NCBI GenBank assembly: GCA_002314605.1
Contig: DCGO01000095.1
Location: forward strand, 1-61,647
Direction of reading: 5' to 3'
Origin: Lentisphaeria bacterium UBA1776
GTDB taxonomy: Bacteria > Verrucomicrobiota > Lentisphaeria > Victivallales > Victivallaceae
Length of the DNA: 61,647 nucleotides
Below the pieces are notes generated by a model. It saw only the letters and a list, made by a program, of their open reading frames with translations, had not been told where the DNA came from and ran no database searches. Position 1 is the stretch's first letter, and the number at the start of each line of letters is the position of its first letter. The translations under genes and the position numbers were made by a program. Positions 12,304-21,226 of the stretch are shown here, piece after piece.

Positions 12304-14853
12304 ATGGGACGCGGTCTCCAACCGGCGGCGGTCCTCTGTATTTTTCTGACGGCGGGATTCTCCGCCTCCGCCGTATCTTTGGAGCCGTCACTTGCCAAAG
12401 TGACGGACAATACGACGGTTCTCGTCCCCGACACCGCCGGCACAAGGCAGGATTCCGGCATGAATTACCCGGCACTCTGCCGTCTGGCAGAGCAGAACGG
12501 AGATTGGAACTCGGCGTGGAATTTTGCGGAACAGTGGGCGGCTTCGACGGACCCGGCTGTTCGCCGGCAGGGGGTGGAAAAACTGCTGGAGCTTTCGCTG
12601 CGGCGGATGGTCCGGAATCCCGAAAAACTGCTTCAGCAGGCGCAGGCCAGCGGTGTCTCTCCGGAAAACATCGCCCTCTGGAACGTCGGCAGACAGATTT
12701 CCGGCGGCGACTGCGCCGGTGCAGTGAAACAGCTGGAGCCGCTGATCGCTTCTCCGTCGCTGAACCGGAAACAGCTGATTGCCGGACTGAAACTGCTTTA
12801 TGCGGCGCAGATGGGGCAGAAAAAATTTTCGGAAGCCGCAGACATTGCCAGACGCAGGGAAGTGATTGAAGATTCTCCATCGGCAAAATTTGACGCCCTT
12901 GCCTGCCGGATCTACGCACTGTCGGAAGCCGGGCGCCTCCCTGAAGCCAGGGAACTCCTGACCACGGTTCAGGCTGGGTATCCGGCATTTTCGGAGACGC
13001 TGGCGGATCTGCAGATGCTGCTGGACGCCCGCAGCGGCAACTGGAAGGCATTTGAGAAGAATTTTACCGAACGCCGCGGCAAGGGTTCCGGCTGGTATTA
13101 TGCCGTCTGCCGGGCAGGAGCCATCCATGCGGAGACCTTGTCCAAGCCGGAGGAAGCCATCCGGTACCGCAGGGCTGCGCTGCAGGCTGCATCGGGAGAT
13201 TTCGAGCGGAAACAAGCCATGCTGGAGCTGCTGACTTTGCTGGACAAAAACCACCGGTGGGAAGAGCTGGCACAGGTCATTGCCATGTATCTGGAGTGGT
13301 ACCCGGAGTGTCCGGAACGGGAACGGCTGGAACGCCGGGCCGCCGGGTGTCTTTTCCGGGCGGGAAAGTACCCTGCAGGACGGCAGCTGTACGAGGAGAT
13401 CCTTGCCAGGGAAAATATCTCCGGCGGGAAACGGTTCGAAACTGCGGTGGAGGCGGCGGACCAGTGTGCCGTCCACCGGATGACTGCCGAGGAGCTGAAA
13501 TTCCGCCGAATGGCGATGCGTTACGCCCGGACGGCGGCGGAACGGCAGTCCGCCGGGTATCAGCTGGGAGCCTATTATGACCGGCATGGGAAACATCAGC
13601 TGGCGCTGGAAGCGTTTCGCGGAGCCATGCAGGAAACCGGCCCGCTGCAGGAAAAAGCCGGATTCGCCCGCTTGCAGACACTTCAGAAAGTCGGGATGTT
13701 CGCAGAAGCTCTTGCCGCTGCGGAAAAACTCACCCTCTCCAAAGATCCGGCTCTCCGGTGTGCGGCTTTCTATTATGTGGCCAAGCTTCATGAAAAGACT
13801 GAACGGCCGCGTCTGGCAGCGGACGAATATTTGGAATTTGTACGGAAATTTCCGCAGTCGGAACTGGCGGTCCCGGCGCTGTACAATGCGGCATTGATCG
13901 CCGAACAGCTGGGCGATTACGGAGAAGCGGCCAGGCGCTTCAGGGATTTCACGGCACGCTTTCCGAAGAATCCTCTGACCCCCAATGCCGGTTACCGGCT
14001 GATGCTCATGCTTGAGCGTTCCGGAAAAACCGATGAGGCGGAAAAGGCCGCAGAGGCTTTGACGGCGGCTTTTCCGGAATCGCCTTTCAGTGCCGCCGTG
14101 CTGTTTCATCTGGTGGACCGGGCCAAACTGGAGACCCGCTACGCCGTGGCGCTGGAACTTTTGAACCGGATCGAAAATCTTCCGCATCCGGGTGCAGGGA
14201 TTCTCCCCCGGGTACTGTACGACCGGGCGGTGATCCACGCCAAACTGGACAATCCCCGCAAGGCGCTGGAACTTCTGGACCGGCTGCTGACGGTCTATGC
14301 GGCGGATCCTGCGGCGGCGGATGCAGCGGAACTGGCCGGGTATCTCCACTGCCGTCAGGGGGAATATTTTCAGGCGGCGGCCTGTTACGGCCGGGCGGCA
14401 CAGCTCCGTCCGGCGGGACAGGTGGCGGCGGCCATGCTGGAGCGTCAGGCGGATGTTCTGTATGCCGCCGGGACCGAAAGCCGGAAACAGGAATGGCTCC
14501 AGCAGGCGGAAACGATTTACACCGGACTCCTGAAAAAAGGCGGCCATTACGCGTCGCTGGGGTTCAAACTGGGCCGCTGTCTGGAAGCGGAAGGGAAACT
14601 GCGGGCAGCGCAGAAACAGTTTGTCGAGGTGCTCTACCGTTCTGCGGCGGATCAGCAGAACAAGATTCCGCCGGACCGGGTGTGGTGCAGCAAGTCCCTG
14701 TACGCCGCCGTCCGGCTGTGCCGTCTCCGGAACAGTCTTGATGGTGCCCGGCAGGCCTGCCGTCTGCTGAGTCTGGCCAGGACCATGGGGCTGGAGGAAA
14801 ACGGCGAATACGAGACCCTTGAGCGGGATCTTCAGGCCAAATACAAACTTTAA
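12304..14853 (+). CDS. large secreted TPR-repeat protein
   Basis: 849 aa. Has an N-terminal signal-like segment (AAVLCIFLTAGFSASAVS) and many Ala/Leu/Tyr-rich helical repeat units (..AEALAAAEKL.., ..YNAALIAEQLGDYGEAARRF..). Starts 6 nt after recA. Confidence 0.7.
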   Translation: MGRGLQPAAVLCIFLTAGFSASAVSLEPSLAKVTDNTTVLVPDTAGTRQDSGMNYPALCRLAEQNGDWNSAWNFAEQWAASTDPAVRRQGVEKLLELSLRRMVRNPEKLLQQAQASGVSPENIALWNVGRQISGGDCAGAVKQLEPLIASPSLNRKQLIAGLKLLYAAQMGQKKFSEAADIARRREVIEDSPSAKFDALACRIYALSEAGRLPEARELLTTVQAGYPAFSETLADLQMLLDARSGNWKAFEKNFTERRGKGSGWYYAVCRAGAIHAETLSKPEEAIRYRRAALQAASGDFERKQAMLELLTLLDKNHRWEELAQVIAMYLEWYPECPERERLERRAAGCLFRAGKYPAGRQLYEEILARENISGGKRFETAVEAADQCAVHRMTAEELKFRRMAMRYARTAAERQSAGYQLGAYYDRHGKHQLALEAFRGAMQETGPLQEKAGFARLQTLQKVGMFAEALAAAEKLTLSKDPALRCAAFYYVAKLHEKTERPRLAADEYLEFVRKFPQSELAVPALYNAALIAEQLGDYGEAARRFRDFTARFPKNPLTPNAGYRLMLMLERSGKTDEAEKAAEALTAAFPESPFSAAVLFHLVDRAKLETRYAVALELLNRIENLPHPGAGILPRVLYDRAVIHAKLDNPRKALELLDRLLTVYAADPAAADAAELAGYLHCRQGEYFQAAACYGRAAQLRPAGQVAAAMLERQADVLYAAGTESRKQEWLQQAETIYTGLLKKGGHYASLGFKLGRCLEAEGKLRAAQKQFVEVLYRSAADQQNKIPPDRVWCSKSLYAAVRLCRLRNSLDGARQACRLLSLARTMGLEENGEYETLERDLQAKYKL

Positions 14854-14874
14854 ATCGGAAAATGGAGTTGCAAC

Positions 14875-15513
14875 ATGTTTTTTTATCAATTGCTGGTGGA
14901 CGGCGGGGCTGTCATGTGGCTCATTGCCATTGCTGCAGTGCTGGCGGGTGCAGTATTTCTGGTGAAAGCCTTTCAGTTTCACCGGGAGGAGATCAACATC
15001 CGTGAGCTGATCAGCGGTCTTGAAAATGTCCTGAAACGGGACGGTTTTGTGGAAGCCATCAGTTTGTGTGATAATACGCCGGGACCGGCGGCACGGGTGG
15101 TCGGGGCCGCCATTCTGGCGTTTCAGCGGGGGGATCGGGATCTGCAGCAGGCAGTGGACTGCGCGTGTCTGGAGGAACTGCCGAAGCTGGAACGTCATGT
15201 CGGACTTATCGGGACCATGGGATATATTGCGCCCCTTCTGGGTTTTTTCGGAACGATTCTCGGCATGATGCAGGCGTTTCAGACGATCCACCATACCCAG
15301 AGCGTATATCTTTCGGCGGCCCAGCTGGCCGGGTCGGTGAATATGGCGCTCATTACCACCGCATCTGGGCTGGCGGTGGCGATCCCGTGTTATGTGGCCT
15401 ACAATTTTCTGGTTTCCCGGATCAATACCATTTCGCTGGACATTGAACTTGCTTCCCGGGAAATGCTCGGGTTCATGGAGCGCCGCCGCGCCGAAAAAGG
15501 GGGCCGGCAATGA
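14875..15513 (+). CDS. exbB: MotA/TolQ/ExbB-family proton channel
   Basis: 212 aa with three predicted TM segments and the family block IGTMGYIAPLLGFFGTILGMMQAF...ALITTASGLAVAIPCYVAYN. Confidence 0.85.
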   Translation: MFFYQLLVDGGAVMWLIAIAAVLAGAVFLVKAFQFHREEINIRELISGLENVLKRDGFVEAISLCDNTPGPAARVVGAAILAFQRGDRDLQQAVDCACLEELPKLERHVGLIGTMGYIAPLLGFFGTILGMMQAFQTIHHTQSVYLSAAQLAGSVNMALITTASGLAVAIPCYVAYNFLVSRINTISLDIELASREMLGFMERRRAEKGGRQ

Positions 15514-15995
15514 TCGTTGACCGTCAGGATGGACCATCCCGGGCCGAGGTCCGGCGGTGGCGGCCCCGATACAAAGTTCTTTCCGGACTGCCGCCCATGG
15601 TACCGGCCATCGACATCTTTTTTCTGATCCTTTTTTTCTTTATGCTGTCCAGCTCCTTTGTCCAAGTGTCGGGGATCAAAGTGGATCTGCCGATGGCGGA
15701 GACCACAGTGTCGGCGGATATCGAGAAATTCATCGTCACCATTGCCTGGAGCGGCAGCGGCCCCAAACTGTTTTTCAACGACCACCCGGTGTCCCGGGAA
15801 ATGCTGAAGGAGCGCCTCGCCCGGGTCAGCGTGGTTTCCAAATCCGCCATGATCGTCATCCGGCCGGACCGGCGGGTGCCCTTTGAACCGGTGGCGGAAA
15901 TCATGGCTCTGGCGGAAAAGGCAAAGCTGGCCAGCTTCATCGCCGTAATGCCTCCCCGGACCGGGCCGGAAACGGTCTTCAATCAGGAAAAATAA
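15510..15995 (+). CDS. exbD: ExbD/TolR-family biopolymer transport protein
   Basis: 161 aa. Has a single N-terminal TM segment (IDIFFLILFFFMLSSSF) followed by GIKVDLP... and IVIRPDRRVPFEPVAEIMALAEKA. The start overlaps the exbB stop (ATGA). Confidence 0.8.
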   Translation: MIVDRQDGPSRAEVRRWRPRYKVLSGLPPMVPAIDIFFLILFFFMLSSSFVQVSGIKVDLPMAETTVSADIEKFIVTIAWSGSGPKLFFNDHPVSREMLKERLARVSVVSKSAMIVIRPDRRVPFEPVAEIMALAEKAKLASFIAVMPPRTGPETVFNQEK

Positions 15996-16004
15996 GCAGA
16001 TCTT

Positions 16005-16697
16005 ATGCGGAAAATACAAGCTTCGGACAATCCCTGGATCCACTCCACGACGGCGGCACTGCTGACGGCAGCGGCGGGGTTCGTGTTTTTCGGAGTGTTT
16101 TTCCGCTATGAGCCGCCGAAGGTCGCACCTCCGGTGCACCGGGCCGGCAAGGCATCGCTGCTGACCCTGCGTGCGGAAGACGAGGTCATGGGTCGCTGGC
16201 TGGAGGTCCACGATCCATCCCGGATCGCGCTGGGGCGCCCGCCGGTGATCAGAAAACGACCCTATCTCCCGCCGGATTCGACGAAACCGGATCCGCTGTA
16301 TGAACCGGAAGCACCCAGGGAACCGGTTCCCGTACCGTTTGTCATGGAAGGGGTATCCGCCGGGAATGTACCGAAATTTCATGCGCCTCTGCCGGTACCG
16401 GTTTTTCCGGCAATCCCGCCGGAGAATTTCCCGAAATTCACCGTCAACGGGATACGCGAAAAGCTGATCCTGCCGGATGATCTGCTCAAATTGGCGGCAT
16501 CCGTCAATGCAGGGACCGTGGAAATGCGCCTCGGGCAGGGGGTCCTGCCGGAAGAACGGCGCATTGAGGTCCTGCGTTCCTCCGGAAGTTCCAGAGTGGA
16601 CCGGATCCTGGCGGAGATCTTTGCATCGCGCCGTTTCCCGGAACTGCCCGCCAGACTGAAACTGGTTTGGGATTCCACAGGAGAAAAAGAACCATGA
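16005..16697 (+). CDS. TonB-like energy transducer (divergent)
   Basis: 230 aa. Has an N-terminal TM anchor and a Pro-rich spacer (EPPKVAPPV, EPEAPREPVPVPF, PLPVPVFPAIPPENFP). The C-terminal block VEMRLGQG...IEVLRSSGSSRVDRILAEIFASRRF resembles the TonB C-terminal SSG..LD..A motif. Confidence 0.5.
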   Translation: MRKIQASDNPWIHSTTAALLTAAAGFVFFGVFFRYEPPKVAPPVHRAGKASLLTLRAEDEVMGRWLEVHDPSRIALGRPPVIRKRPYLPPDSTKPDPLYEPEAPREPVPVPFVMEGVSAGNVPKFHAPLPVPVFPAIPPENFPKFTVNGIREKLILPDDLLKLAASVNAGTVEMRLGQGVLPEERRIEVLRSSGSSRVDRILAEIFASRRFPELPARLKLVWDSTGEKEP

Positions 16698-16930
16698 TCG
16701 GAGTAACATTTTCACAAGGGATCTTTGTGTATCTGGTACTGTGGCTGGCGCTGATCGCGGTGCTGTATCTGCGCAGCTCCAGGCGCAGGGCAAAGATCCA
16801 CAGTTCGCAGGTGGAAAGTCATCTTTTCAGCTGCGACCGCTGCCACTACGCATTTCTCAACAAGGATCAGATCAACCTGACCCGCTGCCCGCGCTGCAAT
16901 GCCATCTGCATCCGCCGCCGGGTGCGGTAG
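16694..16930 (+). CDS. small membrane protein with CxxC..CxxC zinc-ribbon
   Basis: 78 aa from ATG 16694, which overlaps the upstream stop (ATGA). Has one TM segment (IFVYLVLWLALIAVLYL), then CDRC followed by 17 residues and CPRC. Confidence 0.45.
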   Translation: MIGVTFSQGIFVYLVLWLALIAVLYLRSSRRRAKIHSSQVESHLFSCDRCHYAFLNKDQINLTRCPRCNAICIRRRVR

Positions 16931-16956
16931 AAAATTCAGAAAATATACAGGAGTGA

Positions 16957-17418
16957 ATGATGACCGCTGTGATCCGATTCAAGATGATGGAAGGCTGTGC
17001 TGATCTGGCTCCCGCCAAGGCCCATGCCGATGATGCCGCCTACGACCTCAGGAGCCGGGCCGATCTGGAAGCTGTGCCAGGGAGGAGCCTCCTGGTCCCC
17101 ACGGGACTCTTCCTGGAACTTCCGGCAGGGTACGAGGCCCAGATCCGGCCCCGGAGCGGGCTGGCCCTCAAGCATGACATCATGCTCACCAATTCTCCCG
17201 GTACGGTGGATGCCGGCTACCGGGGAGAAGTGGGGGTGATCCTCTACAATGGCGGCAGTGGACCTTTTGCGATCCGCCGGGGCGACCGCATCGCCCAGAT
17301 GGTCATTGCCAGGCTTGCCGATGTGGAACTGGTAACGGCGGAAACCCTTTCAGAAAGCGGTCGTGGGACCGGCGGATTCGGAAGTTCCGGCAAACAGGAA
17401 TTTTCCACAAAGGCGTAG
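16957..17418 (+). CDS. dut: dUTP diphosphatase
   Basis: 153 aa. Has [44 protein letters not shown] and [11 protein letters not shown]. Confidence 0.9.
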   Translation: MMTAVIRFKMMEGCADLAPAKAHADDAAYDLRSRADLEAVPGRSLLVPTGLFLELPAGYEAQIRPRSGLALKHDIMLTNSPGTVDAGYRGEVGVILYNGGSGPFAIRRGDRIAQMVIARLADVELVTAETLSESGRGTGGFGSSGKQEFSTKA

Positions 17419-17425
17419 TCCGGTC

Positions 17426-18682
17426 ATGAACCGTTCCCGAAGATTCATGATGCTGCTGTATATTTGCGGCATCGTGCTTTATTTCTTCTGCAATCTCCAG
17501 CGTTCCGGAGTGCCGGGCTCCCTTTTCAATGAACTGCAGCTGGACTTGAGTCTCTCCGCCGGACAGGTGGCGGGACTTGGAACGGCTTTTATCTACACTT
17601 ACACTTTGAACCAGCTGATCGCCGGATACATGACGGACCGTTACGGCGGGATGCACGTAATGATGTTCGGGACCTTTTTCTTCTGTGCGGGAGGGATGTT
17701 TTTTCCGCTGGTGCAGTCGGTCTGGGCGGCGTATGCGGCCCGGGCACTTGTGGGATTCGGGGCAAGTTTCATGTATTTGGGAATGGTCAAATTTTCCGGG
17801 CGGCTTTTTCCCTCGATTTTCCCGCAAATGGTGGGTGCCGTTCTGCTGTGCGGCTACATGGGAAATATCGCCGCCAACGCGCCTCTGGCGTGGCTGTCCG
17901 GCCAATTCACCTGGCGGACGACTTTTCTGGCGGCGGGAGTGCTTGCAACGGTATTTTACGCCCTTTTTCTTTTGTTGCGGATGCAGGTGACACCGGAGCC
18001 GGTCTGCCGGGAACCTTTCAGTTTCAGGCCCGTCCTGGAATTTCTCCGCAAACGTCACAATATCTGGATTTGCCTTTTCAACGGCGTCAATTTTCCTCTT
18101 TATTTCATTCTGCAGACCATCCTCGGGAAAAAATTTCTGCAGGATTACTGCCAGATCAGCGGCGGTGCCGCCGCCATGGCCATGTCGGTCATGGCGGTGA
18201 CGGCGGCCGTCAGCGGCATGCTTGCGGCGATCCTGACGCGCCTTATCGGGAACCGGCGGCGGATTTTCTTTCAGGCGGCAGCCATTTACAATGTGGCGGC
18301 AATTCTGATATCCATGGCGGCGATCTGCTGCAACTGGAGGTCACCACTTTTGACGGGTCCCCTGATCCTTCTCGGACTCATGTCCAATTTTGCGCCGGTC
18401 AACGTGGCGCTCCTGTACGAGACCAATCGCCGGGATCTGAGCGGGATCGCAGTGAGTTTCAGCAATTTTACCAGCTACCTCGGAGTTTCCGTCTTCGGGA
18501 GTCTTGCCGGGTTTCTCATGGAAGTGACGCCCCCCGTATGGTCGGGAGGAATGCTTGTTTACAGCCGCACTTCTTATCTGGCGGTATTCGGGCTCTTTCT
18601 GGTTCTGGCCCTGATTTCGCTGTTATGCGTGTTTCCCCTCAAAGAGACCTACGGAAAGAATATCGCGTCACAGATCCGGTGA
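17426..18682 (+). CDS. MFS transporter
   Basis: About 418 aa from ATG 17426. Has roughly 12 hydrophobic segments and an MFS-like loop motif (GYMTDRYGG). Confidence 0.8.
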   Translation: MNRSRRFMMLLYICGIVLYFFCNLQRSGVPGSLFNELQLDLSLSAGQVAGLGTAFIYTYTLNQLIAGYMTDRYGGMHVMMFGTFFFCAGGMFFPLVQSVWAAYAARALVGFGASFMYLGMVKFSGRLFPSIFPQMVGAVLLCGYMGNIAANAPLAWLSGQFTWRTTFLAAGVLATVFYALFLLLRMQVTPEPVCREPFSFRPVLEFLRKRHNIWICLFNGVNFPLYFILQTILGKKFLQDYCQISGGAAAMAMSVMAVTAAVSGMLAAILTRLIGNRRRIFFQAAAIYNVAAILISMAAICCNWRSPLLTGPLILLGLMSNFAPVNVALLYETNRRDLSGIAVSFSNFTSYLGVSVFGSLAGFLMEVTPPVWSGGMLVYSRTSYLAVFGLFLVLALISLLCVFPLKETYGKNIASQIR

Positions 18683-18719
18683 CCGGGGATAAGCCTTCCG
18701 GCGGACAGCGGGAAACTGC

Positions 18720-19166
18720 TCAGCGGATCTTCCGGCAGATAATATCGGTGCCCCGGGCGATCTCCCGGATCTCCTCTTCCGAACAGGTGTCAAAATAGGA
18801 AGTGATGTATTCATTGATGCGGCTTTCCACTCCGGACAAAAATTCCTGTCCCTTGGAAGTAACATCGATGCGGACATTCCGCCGGTCCTCCGGGTTATCG
18901 GTCCGGTTCAGAAATCCCCGCTGGACAAGTTTATCCACAAAAAGCGACGCTCCGGCGCTGGTAAGTCCCGTGAGTTCCATGATCTTCCCCAAGTTGCAGG
19001 GCAGAATGAACCGAATGAGCATCAGGTTGAAAAACTGCCCCCGCAGAAGTCCGCAGGGATTGCGTTTCCACTCCGCCGCCAGAAGTTCCCTCCGGCGCAT
19101 TTCCAGCAGCCGGCAGCTGAGTTTGAACATCTCCAGATCCGGACGCTTTGATTTCGTTTCCGACAT
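18720..19166 (-). CDS. MarR-family transcriptional regulator
   Basis: 148 aa. Has a winged-helix block NLGKIMELTGLTSAGASLFVDKLVQRGFLNRTDNPEDRRNVRIDVTSKGQEF. Starts 20 nt downstream of the secretin gene on the same strand. Confidence 0.8.
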   Translation of the reverse strand: MSETKSKRPDLEMFKLSCRLLEMRRRELLAAEWKRNPCGLLRGQFFNLMLIRFILPCNLGKIMELTGLTSAGASLFVDKLVQRGFLNRTDNPEDRRNVRIDVTSKGQEFLSGVESRINEYITSYFDTCSEEEIREIARGTDIICRKIR

Positions 19167-19186
19167 AAAAAGCCCTCCCCGCAGAA

Positions 19187-21220
19187 TTATCGGTAGCCCT
19201 TGGTTTCATCGTTGATTTTGGAGTGAATGTCTTCCAGACGATTCTCCCGGTCGGCACGGTCGGCATCCAGTCCGTACTGCTGGAAGAACATGTTGCCCAC
19301 CCGGCTGGTCATACCTTTGTTGACACTCTTGATGATCTTGCCCAGATGGTTACGGACATCGGCCCCCATCTGCTCATCCTCTCTGCTGTATTCCACTTCG
19401 GCGATCAGCACAAGCTGGGACTGCTTGATGGACTCGGTTTCCGTTGAGAATACCCGGCCGATGACCGGCAGATCCTTGAAGAACGGCAGCCCCGCCGTGC
19501 CGCGGACGGATTCGGATTTTTTGAGACCGCCGATGACGAAAGTCTTGGCGTCATACCCGATCTGGACCGTGGTGCTGACATTGGACTCGCTCCGGCGGGC
19601 GGAGCCGTCGGCATTCCAGCCCAGAAGGGAAATGCAGGAGAGGGACACATTCAGCTTGGCGGCATTGCCGGTTACAACCGGAGTGGCCCTGAGATCGAAC
19701 TGGAACCCGTCCGTGACCATAGGATACTGGAGCCAGCCGTGAATGATGCCGGGGGAACAGTTCATGGTGTTGCCGTCGGTGTTGTACCAGGCGGCGGTTA
19801 CGGGAGTCGCAGTACCGTCGGCATTGTATTTGAGATAGCCGGTAAGATACTTGGCCATGGCATCGGTCTTGGAATTGTCCTTGTACGCCACGGCGGAATA
19901 GTCCCCGTAGGTATTGGTGCCGGTCTGGGTACCCATCATGCGCATGGTGTAACCCATGGGAACCATCATGGCGGAACTTCCGGCATTTTTGTAAAAGTCC
20001 TTCAGATCCTGATAAGACATGATCTTGGTGATGGCTTCCCGCTGGATGGTATCCGGATTGGGATCCGTGTAAGTGAATTCAGTGCACGCTTCGGCGATGG
20101 AACTGGCTCCGGCAGTGTAAAAGGTCCGGTCGTAAAAAAAACCGGAATTGACCTGCATGTGACTGGGCTTGCGGTTCTGGGCTACCAGAATGCCGCTGGC
20201 CACGCATTTTGCCTTTCCGATGCTGGTCATGAAATCGAGATAGCGTGTATTCCATTTTGGGTTGAAATTCCAGTAGTCCACAGAGTTGCTTCCGGTCCGC
20301 TGGGCACCGCTGGCATAAAAGGTGCCCCAGTTGCGGCTGGTGACGGTCCCGGCGGAAAAGAGGTCCACACCTTCATTGTTTTTCCAGCTCTGGAAATCCA
20401 CGCCGATACGGTCGTCGTTTTCTGCATAGATCTCCAGGACCCGGTAGGAGATCTTCACTTCCGGGATCTGCCGGTCATATTTCTCCAGCATGGCCTGCAT
20501 GTCATGCCAGTTCCAGTTGGGGGCCTTGATGATCAGGGCATTCAATTCCGCATCCACCACAATTTCCCCGGGCTTCACGGCAAACTGGGGATCCAGGTCC
20601 GATGACCCCACCTTGAGAAGCATGTCACGGAGATTGGATGCCCGGCTGATCTTCGGAAAATAGAGCCGGACTTCCGCGTCCGGCAGAAAGGACAGCCCCG
20701 GCCGGTCCAGTTTGGCCACAATGGCATCCAGGCCCTTGCCGTCTTTGGAATCGGCAAAACGGTAGGCTTCCGCCGAGACCATGACGATCCCGGTGCCGTC
20801 CTTGTATTTAAGGGCAGTGGCTTCCACCGGACTGGCGTTCACCGTCCGGGCCCAGACCGCCGCAGAGAGATAGCTCCGGACCGCATAGGGATCGGCGTGT
20901 TTGAGCACATAGGCTTTGGTGATGACATAGGGGTCCGTATTGTCGCGGATCACATGGACCTGACGGGTATCCTCCTTCACATTGATTTTCAGCTGTGCCT
21001 GAACATGACTGGGAGCATAGCCGCCGGTGGGATCGTCATTGTCCGCACGGGGAGTACCGGCAATGGCATTGGGAGTCAGCATGATCTCCCGGGAGCCCTG
21101 CTGATTCGGGTTGATGATCACGGTGCGAGGCTGCTGTTTCTCCTGCTGCATGTTCTGGCAGCCGTTCAACAGGAGCGCCGCAGAGGAAAAAAGTGAAATC
21201 GAAGAAAATGCATGTTTCAT
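19187..21220 (-). CDS. secretin-family outer-membrane channel, lipoprotein form
   Basis: 677 aa with a lipobox (ALLLNGC). The N-domain-to-secretin junction reads IPEVKISYRVLEIYAENDDRIGVDF. The C-terminal secretin signature reads FVIGGLKKSE..GLPFFKDLPVIGRVFSTETESIKQSQLVLIAEVE. Confidence 0.7.
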   Translation of the reverse strand: MKHAFSSISLFSSAALLLNGCQNMQQEKQQPRTVIINPNQQGSREIMLTPNAIAGTPRADNDDPTGGYAPSHVQAQLKINVKEDTRQVHVIRDNTDPYVITKAYVLKHADPYAVRSYLSAAVWARTVNASPVEATALKYKDGTGIVMVSAEAYRFADSKDGKGLDAIVAKLDRPGLSFLPDAEVRLYFPKISRASNLRDMLLKVGSSDLDPQFAVKPGEIVVDAELNALIIKAPNWNWHDMQAMLEKYDRQIPEVKISYRVLEIYAENDDRIGVDFQSWKNNEGVDLFSAGTVTSRNWGTFYASGAQRTGSNSVDYWNFNPKWNTRYLDFMTSIGKAKCVASGILVAQNRKPSHMQVNSGFFYDRTFYTAGASSIAEACTEFTYTDPNPDTIQREAITKIMSYQDLKDFYKNAGSSAMMVPMGYTMRMMGTQTGTNTYGDYSAVAYKDNSKTDAMAKYLTGYLKYNADGTATPVTAAWYNTDGNTMNCSPGIIHGWLQYPMVTDGFQFDLRATPVVTGNAAKLNVSLSCISLLGWNADGSARRSESNVSTTVQIGYDAKTFVIGGLKKSESVRGTAGLPFFKDLPVIGRVFSTETESIKQSQLVLIAEVEYSREDEQMGADVRNHLGKIIKSVNKGMTSRVGNMFFQQYGLDADRADRENRLEDIHSKINDETKGYR

Positions 21221-21226
21221 GATGAA

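Noticed and set aside
12388-15537. 1049-aa minus-strand ORF opposite the TPR, exbB and exbD genes
   Set aside because: Shadow ORF. It has no recognisable motifs and an Arg/Pro/Gly-rich composition, whereas the plus-strand ExbB/ExbD motifs are clear.
14875-15995. Possibility that the MotA/ExbB-ExbD pair is a Zorya-like anti-phage stator module
   Set aside because: ExbB here is a normal 212-aa protein without the long ZorA-type tail. It is followed by a TonB-like protein, and no ZorC/D-like or nuclease/helicase genes are nearby.
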